From Stylophora pistillata (taxonomy: Eukaryota): DNA of 64,000 bases. Positions 1 through 13,100 of the stretch are shown in pieces. The notes below the pieces were generated by a model, which made no database searches, was not told where the DNA came from, and saw nothing but the letters and a program-made list of their open reading frames with translations. The position numbers were made by a program, and so were the translations under genes. Within the stretch, counting starts at the first letter, position 1, and each line of letters starts with the position of its first letter. The DNA lies in contig NW_019217841.1 of assembly GCF_002571385.2 (NCBI RefSeq), positions 503,933-567,932 of the forward strand, in the 5' to 3' direction.

Positions 1-386
1 CCACCATATAGTGTTTTTTAATTTTGTATTTAAAGGCTTTCTTTCGTTTTTCTTAGGATAATTCTGCTGACTGCGCGTTAAATAACCACATGTGATTCTA
101 CGTTCTGGCTCTCCTAGACAAGCCCTGAATTCCAATATGCCTCTCTAATAAGAGGAGGACTTGAATAGGTGAGCCTTAGTAACACAGAGAAATTATTTTT
201 AGATAGCCTTCCTTTCTAGAAAGATTGATTTTTCCCTCTGTCCTTCAGTCTTACTCGCTTTTAAGATCTGCTCAAAACGGCACAGTTTCCCCTCAAACCT
301 TTTTTCTATCAGTTTAATCTGGTTTTCTTTTTCTAAGTCTCTTATACTGTACAGAGACAATAGTAGAAAGTAATTTTGAAAATTAC

Positions 387-3300
387 CGTTATGACAACTT
401 TGCACATCCACTCTCATACAGAAGTAGTTTTGATTCACTCCTTTAGGTTCTAATGGAGCAAACCTCACATATCGGCCAGTCTGAGGTGCGATGAGTTCAG
501 TCGGACGCAGTAAATTACCATTGTACAAATTTCCAAAAAAATACTGGAAGGTAAATTAAAAGCTGCAACTTCAACTTCATGAGAACATTGAAAAAAATGT
601 GTGGTTACGACTAGGAATAAGACAAGAAATATAAAATAACAGTACGTAACGAGTGACCATACGCGATTAACGACAAACGAATCACAATTAGCGAATAACG
701 GTAACTTTAGCGATAAAAGAAACAGCGACGATGACAAAAACGATTATGTTGCCACCTTGGTTTGAAGTAGAGGGTAAATGAAAGGATAAACTGAGTTGAC
801 ATTGATAAAAGAACAAAACATCAATTAAGTATCCATGAGTGTTAAAAACGATCACAATCATGATGACTAATTAGTTACTCCCTCTTTGATTTCCAGTTGA
901 TGGGGTACTCATTATTAGGTCATCACAATTGAGCAATTAGGGATTCTTTGCTTGCGTTTTCGTTGTTATTTTTCTTTTAACAGATCTCACCTGGTTAGCA
1001 ATTGGGGTGTAAACTCTATTGTCGGCACTGTAGCTTAACTTATATTCTGATACAGATCTGTTCGAGTTTGGCTTCCCCTGCATGACGACACGATCAAACA
1101 AGAAACTATAACCTAGACAATTAAAATAAGAGAGGTTGAAGATTAGTACTATTAGAATAATACATACCTAGCACTGGAGGAATCATCATTTTACGACTGC
1201 AATGNNNNNNNNNNNNNNNNNNNNAGAAAGTAATCATAAAACCCTCCCCTCAACATAATAAAAAGAAATCTTAATCTCTAAAAATTATTTGAGAGTCCTT
1301 CTTTTTTTGTCCGACAATTTCTTTATTGGAAGGTCGATGTTTAAAGCAACCTTTTTCCTTTAAAAGATTTTAAAAACACAGATATTTGCTTTTGATTTAA
1401 AATATTAGAGGTGGAAGTGTCATACCTAAGTCGACTGTGAGATATTGCATATTGTTTGGGATGGCTGCACACCACGTTTCGTTCCCATTAATCTTTGCGA
1501 ACCCTGGACCACCAAGGACGAGACTCGAAGAAGCTGAGAACTTTGAATTTGCAGTGATGAGAGAGTAACAATCATCTGAAAAACAATCAATATACAGTAT
1601 CAGTGGTGATCATTATTACAATCATGAATGATGATAAGAACAGCATCAGCAGCAAAAAATAAGATAGATATAAATCTTAATTAGTTCAATCTTGAAAGGA
1701 AAAATTTCTGGTCGCTTTTAAAACTACAATAGGGAATTCACTTTTTTAAAGTCAGTCAGAAGACTTTTGCAGTCACTCGCAGCTCGGTAGATGAATTGAT
1801 AAGAACCAATTTAGGACGAGAATTATGCTGTAATGTTATCGTCTAAAATTAGTTTATCAGTTAAATGATCTTTCATCGTTCCTTTTTGGAATTGTTCGTT
1901 TATTTTTATCAGGTAATGGACTCCTGTTTTTATCCCTTGATTTCAACCGTACTTACCCGGTAATATCACCTCCATTTCAATTGTTCATTCAAGTTTTTAT
2001 GATCATCAAGGCAGGTTTACCCCTTTTGGCGTTAATTGTAAGCGGTTACTCAAAGCCAGTTTTTTTTTTTTTCGCGGTTGAAAAATTTTCAAGTCAGGTA
2101 GAGTCCTAGAAACTTTACGGAGCTTTCGTACGTGAAAAAATGTGGCAAACTCATCATGTTTGGCAAAATTTTTTTTTTTTCATGGTTGAAAAATTTTCAA
2201 GTCAGGTATAGCCCTAGAAACTTTACTGAGCTTCCGTACATGAAAAAAATGTGGTAATTCATCAAGTTTGGCAAACATTTCTTTTCATGTAAGGAAAGTG
2301 TCAATATTCTTCCCAGACTACAGAAAATTTAACGAGAGACAAGTGCCTCGCAATGCATTTATGTCAGCGCTGACGATCCTATGAAAACAGAGCACGTAAC
2401 TAGAGTTAATAACGCAAAGAACCGAGGCCGAAGCATTTTCCAAGTTTCCCTTTGTGAGAATAATTGGGAGCTTTAAACACTTATGTTACGTGAACAAATC
2501 ATTTTAAAAAACCCTTTTTTCCTTCAGAAAGCGTTTTTTCTTAAAATAACTTTACCTCGGTTGAGGTGGGAAGCCAACATAAAGAGTAATTATGGAGTGG
2601 TAAACCATCAAAACAAATTCGTACCCAGTAATACAACGTCACGTAATAAACCGCCATTGACGTGCAGATATGAATATTTATCATACAAAGTCTTTAAAGA
2701 CTTTTCGCGCGTTTCACTTGGCACGTTTCGCGGCGTAGGTCACTCATTCCAGTTTGTGAACCCCATAAATTTACAACCTTTCTTAGCTGCAAAGTAATTA
2801 CGGTGTTTTCACTTCAATAAGAGCGGAACATTTTTTTTTTCAATGTTCACGGATGTTCGTTAAAAAAAAACACTTGATATTGGTGAGTTTTTATTTTTTC
2901 TGAGCATTGAATTGATTCTGTCATTAGTTAACTAATTACAAATAAATTGTTGTTAGTGTCAATAAACCACGAATGATCTCCATGGCAAAAAAGTCGTGAT
3001 GAAAAACAGGTTTTTCATTACTGATCTCAACAATCATTTTTGTCAAACTGTAAGCAACAAAAAGCGTTTTAATGGCGTTATCAGCTCTCTTAAACAAAGA
3101 TTCTTCAATCGATACCGCGAAGACTTTCCTTTGTTCTCAATGATCAGAAACCCTCTATAAACTCCGGTCGGCTGTGGTTTGATGTCTGGAAATATTCTTC
3201 GTTTGTTAACTAAGTCAAAGTACCGAACGAGGACCTATCTGATTTGCCGAAATTCTGGGACTGACTCGTTTCTAAAACTGTTCATTTTGCGGTTTGAAAA

Positions 3301-4500
3301 ATATTCCAAATTATGGTATAGTATGTGGCAAATATTGTCTGCTGATGCATGCTTGCTCTGCTTATGCGTGGTTTTAGGGAAAGATCAATATTCTCAAGAC
3401 CAACCCAAAGCTTAACATTGTTAACGACAGGAAAAGGAACTGAGTTTTCACGATATCTGAAACCTTTTTTTTGCTCTTTGTCTCTCCATCTTTTTACTTT
3501 GTACATGAAGATTTATTTGTTTGCGAAGGCGGAAAGATTTTTCTCAATCGAAAGAGATACATTTCGTTACAAAAGGAGAGGGCCGCCTAAAGATACAAAT
3601 AGGATTAACAAAAGGTCTTTCATTAAACAACAATCAATAATAATCGATCGCTTATTCCCTGCAGCGAAGTTACCTTGATGACTTAATGAACAATTTGAAC
3701 AATAACTTTTCAAAATTAGCCAGTTACTCTGGCGGGAGAGTGTGAAGATGTTATCATTTTCTTCACTCAAAAGCTACTCAAAATGAACGTGGATAGCTTT
3801 TCGAACCTGATATTATGGAAATATCGTGGATTTCAGTTTTCGAGCGATTAATCGACTCTTTAAAACTAAAGGCGAAAGACTCATATCTCAATTTCACCCA
3901 CAGTTAGAGTTGCTAAGCCAAAAATCGACATTCTTCTCAGAAAATCCATTCCGAAGAATTAGACAAGAAGGCATGCTCTAAAAAAATGAAATATATTGAA
4001 ATGCGCATGGTTTCGCGATAACATTTTCGGCGGGATGAATCTGGAAAATGCGTTCCTAATTTCAAATTAATTTCTGATTAGTTGAGTATAGGATTAAAGG
4101 ATTACAGTGAAGTTTATGTTTGCTTTAAGTAAATGGAACAAGAAAATAGAGGTGTTTGGATCTGTCCAAAACCTTTCGATATGTACGTAGTTGAACTATA
4201 TCACCATAAAAAAGATGCCCGAAACTGAAAGCGATGCGATCTTTGAACACGACTCTCTTTGCCTAGCAAATACCAAATGTTGATCAAGAGAGATCTCGTG
4301 CGCCTGTGTTTAAAAATAGTTTCACTCTCCCAGCTGACTTTGTTTCAATTGAAGGCCAAGTGAAGGTCGATCAAAGAAATCCAGACATAAGAACAAATAA
4401 AAAACGACTTACTTATTCCTCCGTAGACGGCGTTCCTCCGATTTGAGTAAAACATTGAAATAACCAAAACTAACAGCCAGCCCCGAGCTAGGAGAGGCAT
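387..4500 (-). CDS. Secreted or membrane protein with N-terminal F5/8 type C (discoidin) domain; 5' portion only, gene continues past the left edge
   Basis: Phase-consistent GT-AG exons: 4413-4500 (MPLLARGWLLVLVISMFYSNRRNAVYGGI, signal-peptide-like), 1426-1575 (DCYSLITANSKFSASSS...WCAAIPNNMQYLTVDL), 991-1112 (GYSFLFDRVVMQGKP...VSEYKLSYSADN), 387-543 (YFFGNLYN...GRYVRFAP...CMRVDVQSC). WCA, LxVDLG, QG, YxLSYS, FxGN, RYVRF and CMRV-D/E are discoidin hallmarks. Confidence 0.85.
2076..2285. repeat. Two-copy tandem duplication, unit about 107 bp
   Basis: ggttgaaaaattttcaagtcaggta...ctagaaacttta...catca.gtttggcaaa occurs twice in succession. Confidence 0.7.
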
Positions 4501-6339
4501 TTTTGAGTCGTCTGTTCACTTTCACGAAAAACTGTTTTTCCCGTAGCTCCGTATCCTGCAAAGCCTTTATCCTTTTGATGATACTGGATACCTGCAATCT
4601 GTTTTCACATCCCTCTCTATCGTTGCGCAATTACTCCCCAGCCCCTGAAGTACCGTGACGTCAGAGCATTCCCCGCAGCACCCCATTTAATGAATTGGCC
4701 AATGGTACTGTTAAACTACAACTTTACGGCTGCAATATTTGATTTCAAAGTTCAATGGATCGCATAAGGCCTGGTGAGTGTATAGTTCAAGCAGTAATCT
4801 GTCTTTTCATACTCAACTTGAAGCGTTTACCAAAGCATGCCTTGTAGAAGACCTTCGTCATTGCTCTCCAAAATCGAAAACCGCAACTGAACTTCCATTT
4901 CCGTTCACAGAAGCCCCTTCCTTTTCGCTAAAATTGGTGTGCATATCTAAAGAATTTTTTGCACACATAATTTTATGATGCCTCTATAAAAGAGCCAAAA
5001 TCATTCGTTGGTGCTGAGGGAAAATTTGTTTGTTTCAAGAGCTATTATTTCCAGGGTTTTGTAATTCATATATTGATTTGTTTATAAGAAAATTTACATT
5101 TGCATCAAAACCACTGTGCAGTCTACACGGCCACTTAATCTCTGTTTCGCCGTAGAAAATGGTATATATATATTTTTAATTGTTCCCTGAGCTTCTATAG
5201 CTTGAAAATAATTGTCCTTTGCTAAAACTGTTACAGAAGACAATGCCTAATCAATCGTAATTGAGTCTAATTGCTGAGAAAGTAGAAGTGCATAATAATC
5301 TGTTTTCCTCTGCTTAATTTGGCTTCTAAGTGGTCGGAAAACCATTTTTGTCAGCTCTAATAATCTAAAATGGGAAAGAAAATGTCGTTGTTTCCTAGAG
5401 AGAGTTAGTGAAACATTACGTGTATGTAAAAGAGTGTTCTTATTTTTGCGTGAATATACGAAAGTTGAATCCAATATCAGAAGAGAGTCTATCAGAAAGT
5501 TTTCGTGGGAAGAGACGCGCTCACGTATTTCTCATTTTTCTTTTTATATGAATATTAGTGATGAGAAAATCGAGATTTATAGGATATTTTGTTACTTTGG
5601 CCAATAATGGACAAATTATGGAACCTGTCTTCAACTTCTATTCTAGTTTTCAGACGTTTATTGCACTTATAAGATCCATGCCGATCCGTGGGAAAATTCT
5701 GCGGCCTACTTCAAACACGAAACTCTACTGATTGAGATGAGTTTCACGGGTAGTTGAAACTTAAGTGTTTTTTGAAACTTATAATGAAACAATGAGTTTT
5801 AGTGTCCTAAGAGACAATGTAAGTACTTTTGAGCAATCAAAACTAAGGAAACAATAGAAGATTGGAGGAAAAAGCGAGGCTTTGGGCAGGAAATCACTGA
5901 AAAAGATATCCGCATAGCAGATTTTTGGTATGCTGGGAACCTAGGTTGTAACTTCCGCAATTTTCAATTTAATCGTTTTTGAATATAGACGATGCGATTC
6001 ATGACGAAGAACAGAGAATCAGCGGAATTATAACTTAAAGTTGTGACATACGTCTAATTTTTTGAAAGAAACTTTCAAGTCGTACTTAGAAATACTCAAA
6101 GTTTTTCACGAAAATGCTCTCCATAATTCAAAAGCATGCATTGCATGCTTTCATGTCTGGTTTTTTGCGTAAATGCCATCGTATTAATTATTTCTAAGCA
6201 TTCAGTGTTATTCCCGACTTCAGTTTTTTACAAAACAACTGAGATTTTACGAGTACTCTGTTTGCCAAAAGCTATAGTTTATTGCACCAGTAAGCCCATA
6301 AAAAATTGATACATAATGTGGTAATTTGGGTTTTATCAA

Positions 6340-6490
6340 GGAAGTCGATAATGTAAATTGACCACCGCAGCGTTTCAAGGGTGACGTTTCGAGTGTTTGT
6401 CCGTTCGTCAGAGCGAATGGAAAGGGCTAACGCTCGAAGCGTCAGCTGTTAAATTCTTTACGCTCTATTCGATCTAACGAGGGGCTAACG
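6340..6490. mobile_element. Penelope-derived inverted-repeat element with degenerate hammerhead motifs
   Basis: Minus strand reads gct-CTGACGA-acggacaaacactc-GAAACGTC; plus strand carries agggctaacgctcgaagcgtcagc. Same family as 51944-52094. Confidence 0.6.
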
Positions 6491-6494
6491 CAAA

Positions 6495-6640
6495 AGCTAG
6501 AATCCACTTTCTATCGGTTTACTGCCTTAATAACACACTTGGGGTGTTGTGAGAACACTCGAGAGCTTTCGCGTCTTCTATCAACATCCCGCGGGGTTTA
6601 TCAGCCAGTAAACCGATGGAAAGTGTAGATTATTGCTTAA
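6495..6640. repeat. Palindromic (hairpin) MITE-like repeat
   Basis: aatccactttctatcggtttactg is complementary to cagtaaaccgatggaaagtgtagatt. Confidence 0.6.
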
Positions 6641-7459
6641 AAATTTTCAAGTTTACTACGGGTTACTTTGAGTGTTTGAAAAAAATGGAATGAAGATCGT
6701 AAGAAAACAGAATAAAATATACAGATATATCAGATGTACTAAAGAAATGAAAGGTAAAACAATTTTCTAACTTTTCGTGGTTATGATATCCCATATTTCA
6801 CTTCCTCCATCATATATCGGACGTAGAATATATGCAGGAAACACAAAGAGAGAGAAAAAAAAAAAACATATAGCAGTCTCACAATGATTCGAGAACATTC
6901 GTTGTGTAATGCGTTCTGCTCTCATTTGAATCCGGTGCCTAAATATCTTCCATGTTCACGGCTCTTAACATTTGCGGACAGCTTTTCAGTATAAACTGCT
7001 ATAATTAAACACTTTCTCCATATTCACGTTTTGCCGTTCGGAAAGTAACGACAAAGTAATCGTTTTCAGACAGGCAAAGGGATTGTTTAAGTTTAGTACT
7101 CCGAAACAGCGACATGCATCAAGATTTTTGTCAGAAGTTTCACTTATCGATTGTTCTTGTAAAGAAACTTACACTCTTAAAATTCAAGGATATGGAGAAT
7201 GGAGAAAGAGACGGTACCATGTATAAGAGCGTATTAGCAACTACATGCTGAATATAGGGGTCTCGGTTTATTGACCAACCGTGAGGTTAGGATAGCTGAA
7301 TATTGGTTATGATCAAAAGAAATTTGTTTCTTCAAGATCAAAGCGGGCAATCCCGAGCGACTCGTAACACACGCTTGGGTCTTGAATCTATCAGAACACG
7401 GCAATCGCTTCATCTTGCTTGCTTTTGCACAAAGCCGTATAATAATTCCTCATACCAAT

Positions 7460-8160
7460 AAAGATAGATGGATTTATAGTAAGAAAGGTAGATAGATAGA
7501 TATATAGATAGATAACTAAATAAATAGATAAATAAATAGACAGATAAACCTAGTTTAATCAGGGCAACCCATTCAGCTACGAGGCTGGTATCAAGAGGGG
7601 CCCTGATGTTAAAACTAACAATACTGTCGTAGAAATTACTAATCGCTTATAAAAACTAAAAATATATTCCTAAAACTCTTTGCGGAAAAATAAAAGATTT
7701 AATAAATTCGCATACAGCCCTATTGATAAAAAAGTTAAAAATAGAAGTTGTAAAATTTATAATTTCAATTGGACACTTAAAAATCTGCAAGGATTCAGCT
7801 TGCTTGATGGTTTGTGGCAAAGAATTTTTAAAAGGTCGCTTCAGAATATCTACCTGCTCTGTTTCCCAGTGGTCTGGGGAGGTGAACATCGCCAGTCGAT
7901 CTTGTACTATTTGAGTGGCATCGGTTGTTCTTGATAAAATAATCACTAAAAAATATTCTGGCATCAAGTTATTCAAGCATTTAAAATTGAACTAAAATGC
8001 ATTTATTTCGCTTTCAAATGGTTTCTAATTCAGGCTAGCCTAACGTCTCGATATAGCCTTTCTAAAGCTTTCTCTTCGATAATGATACGAGCGGCTGTTA
8101 GTTTGTTGTCGCTGTAAATAAATTCTGCACGTAATCGATAGCCATCCCCAAACGGTGTCT
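7460..8160 (-). mobile_element. Decayed 3' end of a CR1/L2-like LINE with a simple-repeat tail
   Basis: Minus-strand remnant ...ILKRPFKNSLPQTIKQAESLQIFK resembles the LINE ORF2 C-terminus. It is followed by ccctgattaaac and a (TATC/TATT)n tail at about 7460-7550. Confidence 0.5.
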
Positions 8161-9394
8161 TTCTAGCAAATAACAGGTAGAATGAGGGAATTCTACGCAC
8201 ATTGAGTTGCCTTAAGATTCAGGCTTGACCAAATGTGGCCAAGCGAGCCGGCCTAAGAGTTTGTTAACCTTAGTTAGGACTTTGTCGACACTTCCTTCCA
8301 AATCTTATGTTAATTCTAGAATATTTTCTGAAAACATGCTTTGGAATGTTTTAATCCCACGTTTTTAACTTCATTCTGCATTATGGAGTGGTCTACAGTT
8401 ACTTTATAAGGAATGTAAGAGTACGATTCACTGCAAGCTGAAGGGAAATAAGTCACTATACTATTTTACTGCGTGGACGGGAAGCACAGGCCTCCAAACT
8501 CCTTTGAAGCTGTGAACATCACATTACATGTCATTGTGTAACAACTTGATTTAAGGCGTTTTTGGGATTGCAACGAACGTGTTTAGTGGTCACCCAACTA
8601 GTTTAGCTCTTTAGTTATTTTGGGTGACCAGCAACTGTATGCATTTTTAATTTATTTCTCGTTTAATTTGTAACTAAGGTAATTTTACAGTTCAAAGAAA
8701 CCTTGTCTTGAAAACTGTGAAAGTAAGACACAGCGGAATCGCTGTAAAACAGCTCCAGAATGCACTGAAACACAAGTATCACAAAAGAGGCAATGCCACA
8801 TAATGTTTACAGCTCCTAAGAGCTTGGGGTATATGTGGATGATTAGGATTTATCTGACAAACTCCGTTTAAGAGAAAAGCCGGCATAATCATTGCGTGTG
8901 CCTCAGTCATGCGTTTAATACTGTAGAATAACCTTGTATAGGACAATTATAGTTGAACAACCTGTGTAATCAGTTTCTCGAAATTTCACAGCAGACGAAA
9001 ACTCGTTCGGCGTCATTTGATGAAATTAAATGGAGAAAACCGATATTAAATGACTGGAAGAGCGATATAATTTTGATATCGAGGAATGAAGCGAGCAAGC
9101 AAGGTTCGAAAGATAACTAAATTAGTAAAGGAGGGGGGGTAAACTTCCAAAGAAACTGTGGTGTTGCGTCAGTGGAGCGAAGAGAACGGTTCTAACTAGT
9201 GGGCTTACTCTCGAAGCATCAATTTCAAACACTCCTAACGGTCACCAATTTACATTACCAACTCATTTGATAAAACCAAATTATCTTGATCACTAAAAAA
9301 GACAAAAAAGCCGGGGTCACAAACGAATGCAAGTGATGTACTCCTGTTGATAGAAGTGATCCATAACTCAGGTTCTATTCAAAATTACTTAAAT

Positions 9395-9599
9395 GAACCC
9401 TTTACACCTTAACACCAGTATGCATATTCTCCATACTGTTCTCTATACATTTCCCAAGGTTCTGACGAGGAGAATTTGTCTAATAATCAAGAGCTTCTTT
9501 AGCTGAGGATCACTTCTTTTGTCCTCGTGATCTTAGTGTTTGATTAAAGGATGATGTTGTAAGGAGAAATTTTGGATGCCGGTCTCTCTGAGGGGTTAA
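9395..9599. mobile_element. ~200 bp non-autonomous DNA element with ttaaccc...gggttaa-type termini
   Basis: cagtatgcatattctccatactgttct...aaggagaatttgt...ggggttaa. Near-identical copy at 34570-34785; related copies at about 30870-31074, 31905-32098, 49040-49200 and 58370-58530. Confidence 0.7.
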
Positions 9600-10139
9600 T
9601 GGGCAAAGCGAAACATGAAAAGGAATTTTACGGAATTCCGAAGATAGCGAATATAACTAACACCGGTGCTTAATATGTATCCCGAAATCTTTGGGAACTT
9701 TCCTGAACACTTTTATTAATCTTCTGGATCGTTGGCTAACTATCTACATTTCGAAGCATAGAACTGCTTGAACCTCTGCGATTCAAAACTGTCATCTCTA
9801 GCTTGAGTTAAAGATACTTCTAAATCGTTACGAAAAGAGGCTCAGAGACATAGAATTCGTTTTTCAAGCTGATTTAATCACAACCAGGTTTAATGACAGA
9901 ATAACTTACCAAACTCTCAATACTATTCTATAAAAATCATAACCCAATAAAAAACATTTCACAACTATGTTGAATTATTTACAAAGAAGCTTTTAAATAC
10001 GTTATACATAGTATAACTAATGCCTTGTTTTCCGTTAATGAAAAAATTCTTTTGAATTGGTTTAAAATATATCATATATTACAAAATGATCTAAAAAAGA
10101 ATATATATTAGGCATCTGGAGATCTACTGCCGCACACTT

Positions 10140-13100
10140 TTATGGTCTCCTGTAGCTAATCTTGGAGGAACCCTGCAAAGGAATTAAAGCGAAAGTTACT
10201 TTTACGAAACTTCACGCGATATATATGAAAAGAATATGTGACTTAGGAATTTTTTTTGAGAATTCAATTTCTTTGATTGCCTAATCTCCTTCATCGCGTC
10301 TTTGTAGCGCAAATGACTAGTGTTTAATAAGAGATTGTGTTGAGTTTCTCAACAAATATTTTGCCATCATTTACAACATCTTGCCTAATGTGACTTTCAA
10401 ACGCTAGAAGCTAAAAGTTGTATTTCTAAAATTACTACACTCTGACTTGTGTTTCAACTCATGTTTTTCATTACTATGGATTCATATCCTTTAGGTCACG
10501 ACAAATATAAAAAAAGCCCAGTAACATCGCTTCAGAGACCATAACAATCGGTGTGTTTTCTGTTAACTATAACCATAGCTGATACATATTTTCAATATAA
10601 ATCTACGTGCGTTGTATCAGAAATGCTGCAGCTATCACGCGAAAGAAATCTTGAGCTCGAGATCTAGTTGTTAGATAAAAATGTGGGAAGAAAGAAGAGT
10701 TGTATACTGACCTCAGAGTTTCTCTTTCTCTTCCAACAGTCTGGATTCACTCGTTTGTGTTCATCTGCTAACATTTTTGCTTGGATCACATACTCTCGCC
10801 TATCTTCTTGCTTCATAGCCTTCCATTTGTCACCAAGGATCACACTTATTGCTCTAAAACAAACAACGATGCATTAAAACATGATCATGAACAACATCAG
10901 CAACAATCTTTATTTTTTTCATTCTAAGGATAAAAAGCAAGGCTGGTGTGGGTCGCCGATAGCCAATCCCTTTATGTTTACCTATTGTCTTTGCCTGGAT
11001 GAGCCTGAGTGATTTCCAGTCGGAAGCGTTTAGCAAATAACATGAAGGCGTTCATTGGCCTTTTGCTGAACTGATGCGTATTGTTTCTTTTGACTGGGCT
11101 GAGTGGAGTGTGGGACCCTGACAGTAGTTTGGTTCTTCGGTGACTGTGCTCTTCTTTATCCTGTGTCAAAAAACAAAGATCATTATTGATTTAACAACCA
11201 AGAAAAAAAAAACCAATCAAATCGTGTAAGACTATTTACTAATACACATTTGTTATAAATCTCGTACATAGCCTAACAGACCACTGATAGCTCTGTGGCG
11301 CACGAAGGCTTAGTTTTCGCCTTCGGGGACTAAAATTGTTTTTTCTGCGCTTTTTCTTCGATTAATATGTCGTTGGCTTCAAGGAAAAATTTTTTCGACA
11401 ATCTTAAAATAAATATGCTGTAGTTTTCAACTGAGTTCTTCTGCTCAATATCATCTGATATTTCTGTGCTGGTCACTGGTCTGGGGTGGTGGTAAGTCAA
11501 TATCGCCTTGTACATACCTTGGCCATACTGCTGAGCGTAAGAGCGGCTGTAGAATCCATAGCCGTAAATTCTGACCTAAGAAAGAAAAAGAAAATATTGT
11601 TAATCAACAACAAACTCGGCTTGTGTGAGAAAGAAGACGCGGTGATCTGACGTACGTTTTCTCCTTTCCATCCAATTCATTTCCATTCAAAGTTAATCCC
11701 ACAACTTCTGGGGCATGTGGCAAAACACAGACATCACCACGTTGCAAGGGCTGGCAACTTATCCCATAATGCGATTCGGTCGCAACAGGGTCAAACGACG
11801 CCCAACCTGCTGTGTCTGTTCCCTTGACGAAGAACGGATGGTCAGCGGTGATTTCAGCCTGAAGACTTGTTTCTTTATCACTGCATGATTTGAAAGTTAC
11901 GATGTATTCATCCTAGTAAGGAAAACAACAAAACAAAACAAAGTTTTAGCGCCTAGCGTTTGGTCAGGGCATTAGTAAAATTTGCTAATGGACAAACGAG
12001 TTAGCCAACGTAACGTTGGTAAGTGAGTCAGTTGATCGTTCGGTTGTTAGTACTCTGATTGGCCATCTAACGGTTCAGCCTCATTTACCCGTAAGTCACT
12101 TATGCAGCGATCAGTTACTACATAAGTTAATCCGTCTGTTAGACAGTTATTGAAGCAGTAAATCAGTCAGCGGTTTAAGACAAGGAGGCTTTCGAAAGGC
12201 CAAATGTTCCTTCTAATGAATAGCTACACTTGTAACTTAAACCGGCTAAGCAACAGGTGCAGTTGATTTTTGATTAACCAAGATCTAACGTACCATAGTA
12301 TTGTTACCATATTTCGTTTCAATCCTCTGGCAGTCTACGACTCGAAGTCCATCGCGAAACAAATCAGGAGATATTTTTTCCATATCGAGATCATCAACCG
12401 TTCGCCAGGTCCAGCCATCTTCGTCAGGGAAATTCAATTTGGTTCCCGCCATAAAATATTGCCATTTGGCAGCTGGTATAGTGTTTAGGAAAGTTGTTTG
12501 TATCGGAGTTTCTGGAGTGGTTTGTGACACATATCGCCAATTACCATTAGATTGAAGATCCTAAATAAGAAAAAAGATAAAATATTTGACGTTTGTGTTC
12601 ATTTAGGCCACGCAAGCAGACTAACATCTGTCAAACACTCACGAAACATGTCTCGCAAAAGCTTCCAAAAAATATCGAAAATCTCTCGAAGTTGAATAAG
12701 AAAGCAAAAAAAAAAAAAAATTCTGAACCCAGTTCAATTCATTTCAAAGTAAACATCTCCGATAAAAAATTCCATAGATTTCGAAAGCCGTAAGTATTGA
12801 AAACTAGGTTCAAAGATTGTGAATATTGTTATTGAAAGTCGTGATACTCCGTTAACTATGTTTTTAGAATTTGTTAAAATGAAAATCATAAAAAGATTTT
12901 AAACTCTATAATTACATATTTCTTTGATATTGTAATAGATTTGAAAACTCTCTCACACCTCATATCATAAATGATCGATCGACTCTTAAATTCAATCTTA
13001 TTTCGCCAGAAGTTTTTTTCCAAGAAATCACGGATTTCCCATGCCTCAGGCATATTTACAGATTCCTAGAAATGGTGGACCTAGTTAAATATTTTTAGCC

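Noticed and set aside
1165-1224. Donor-like site (tag|gtatgt) beside a 20-N gap, suggesting an extra discoidin exon
   Set aside because: The flanking exons already join in phase into a complete domain; cannot be evaluated across the gap.
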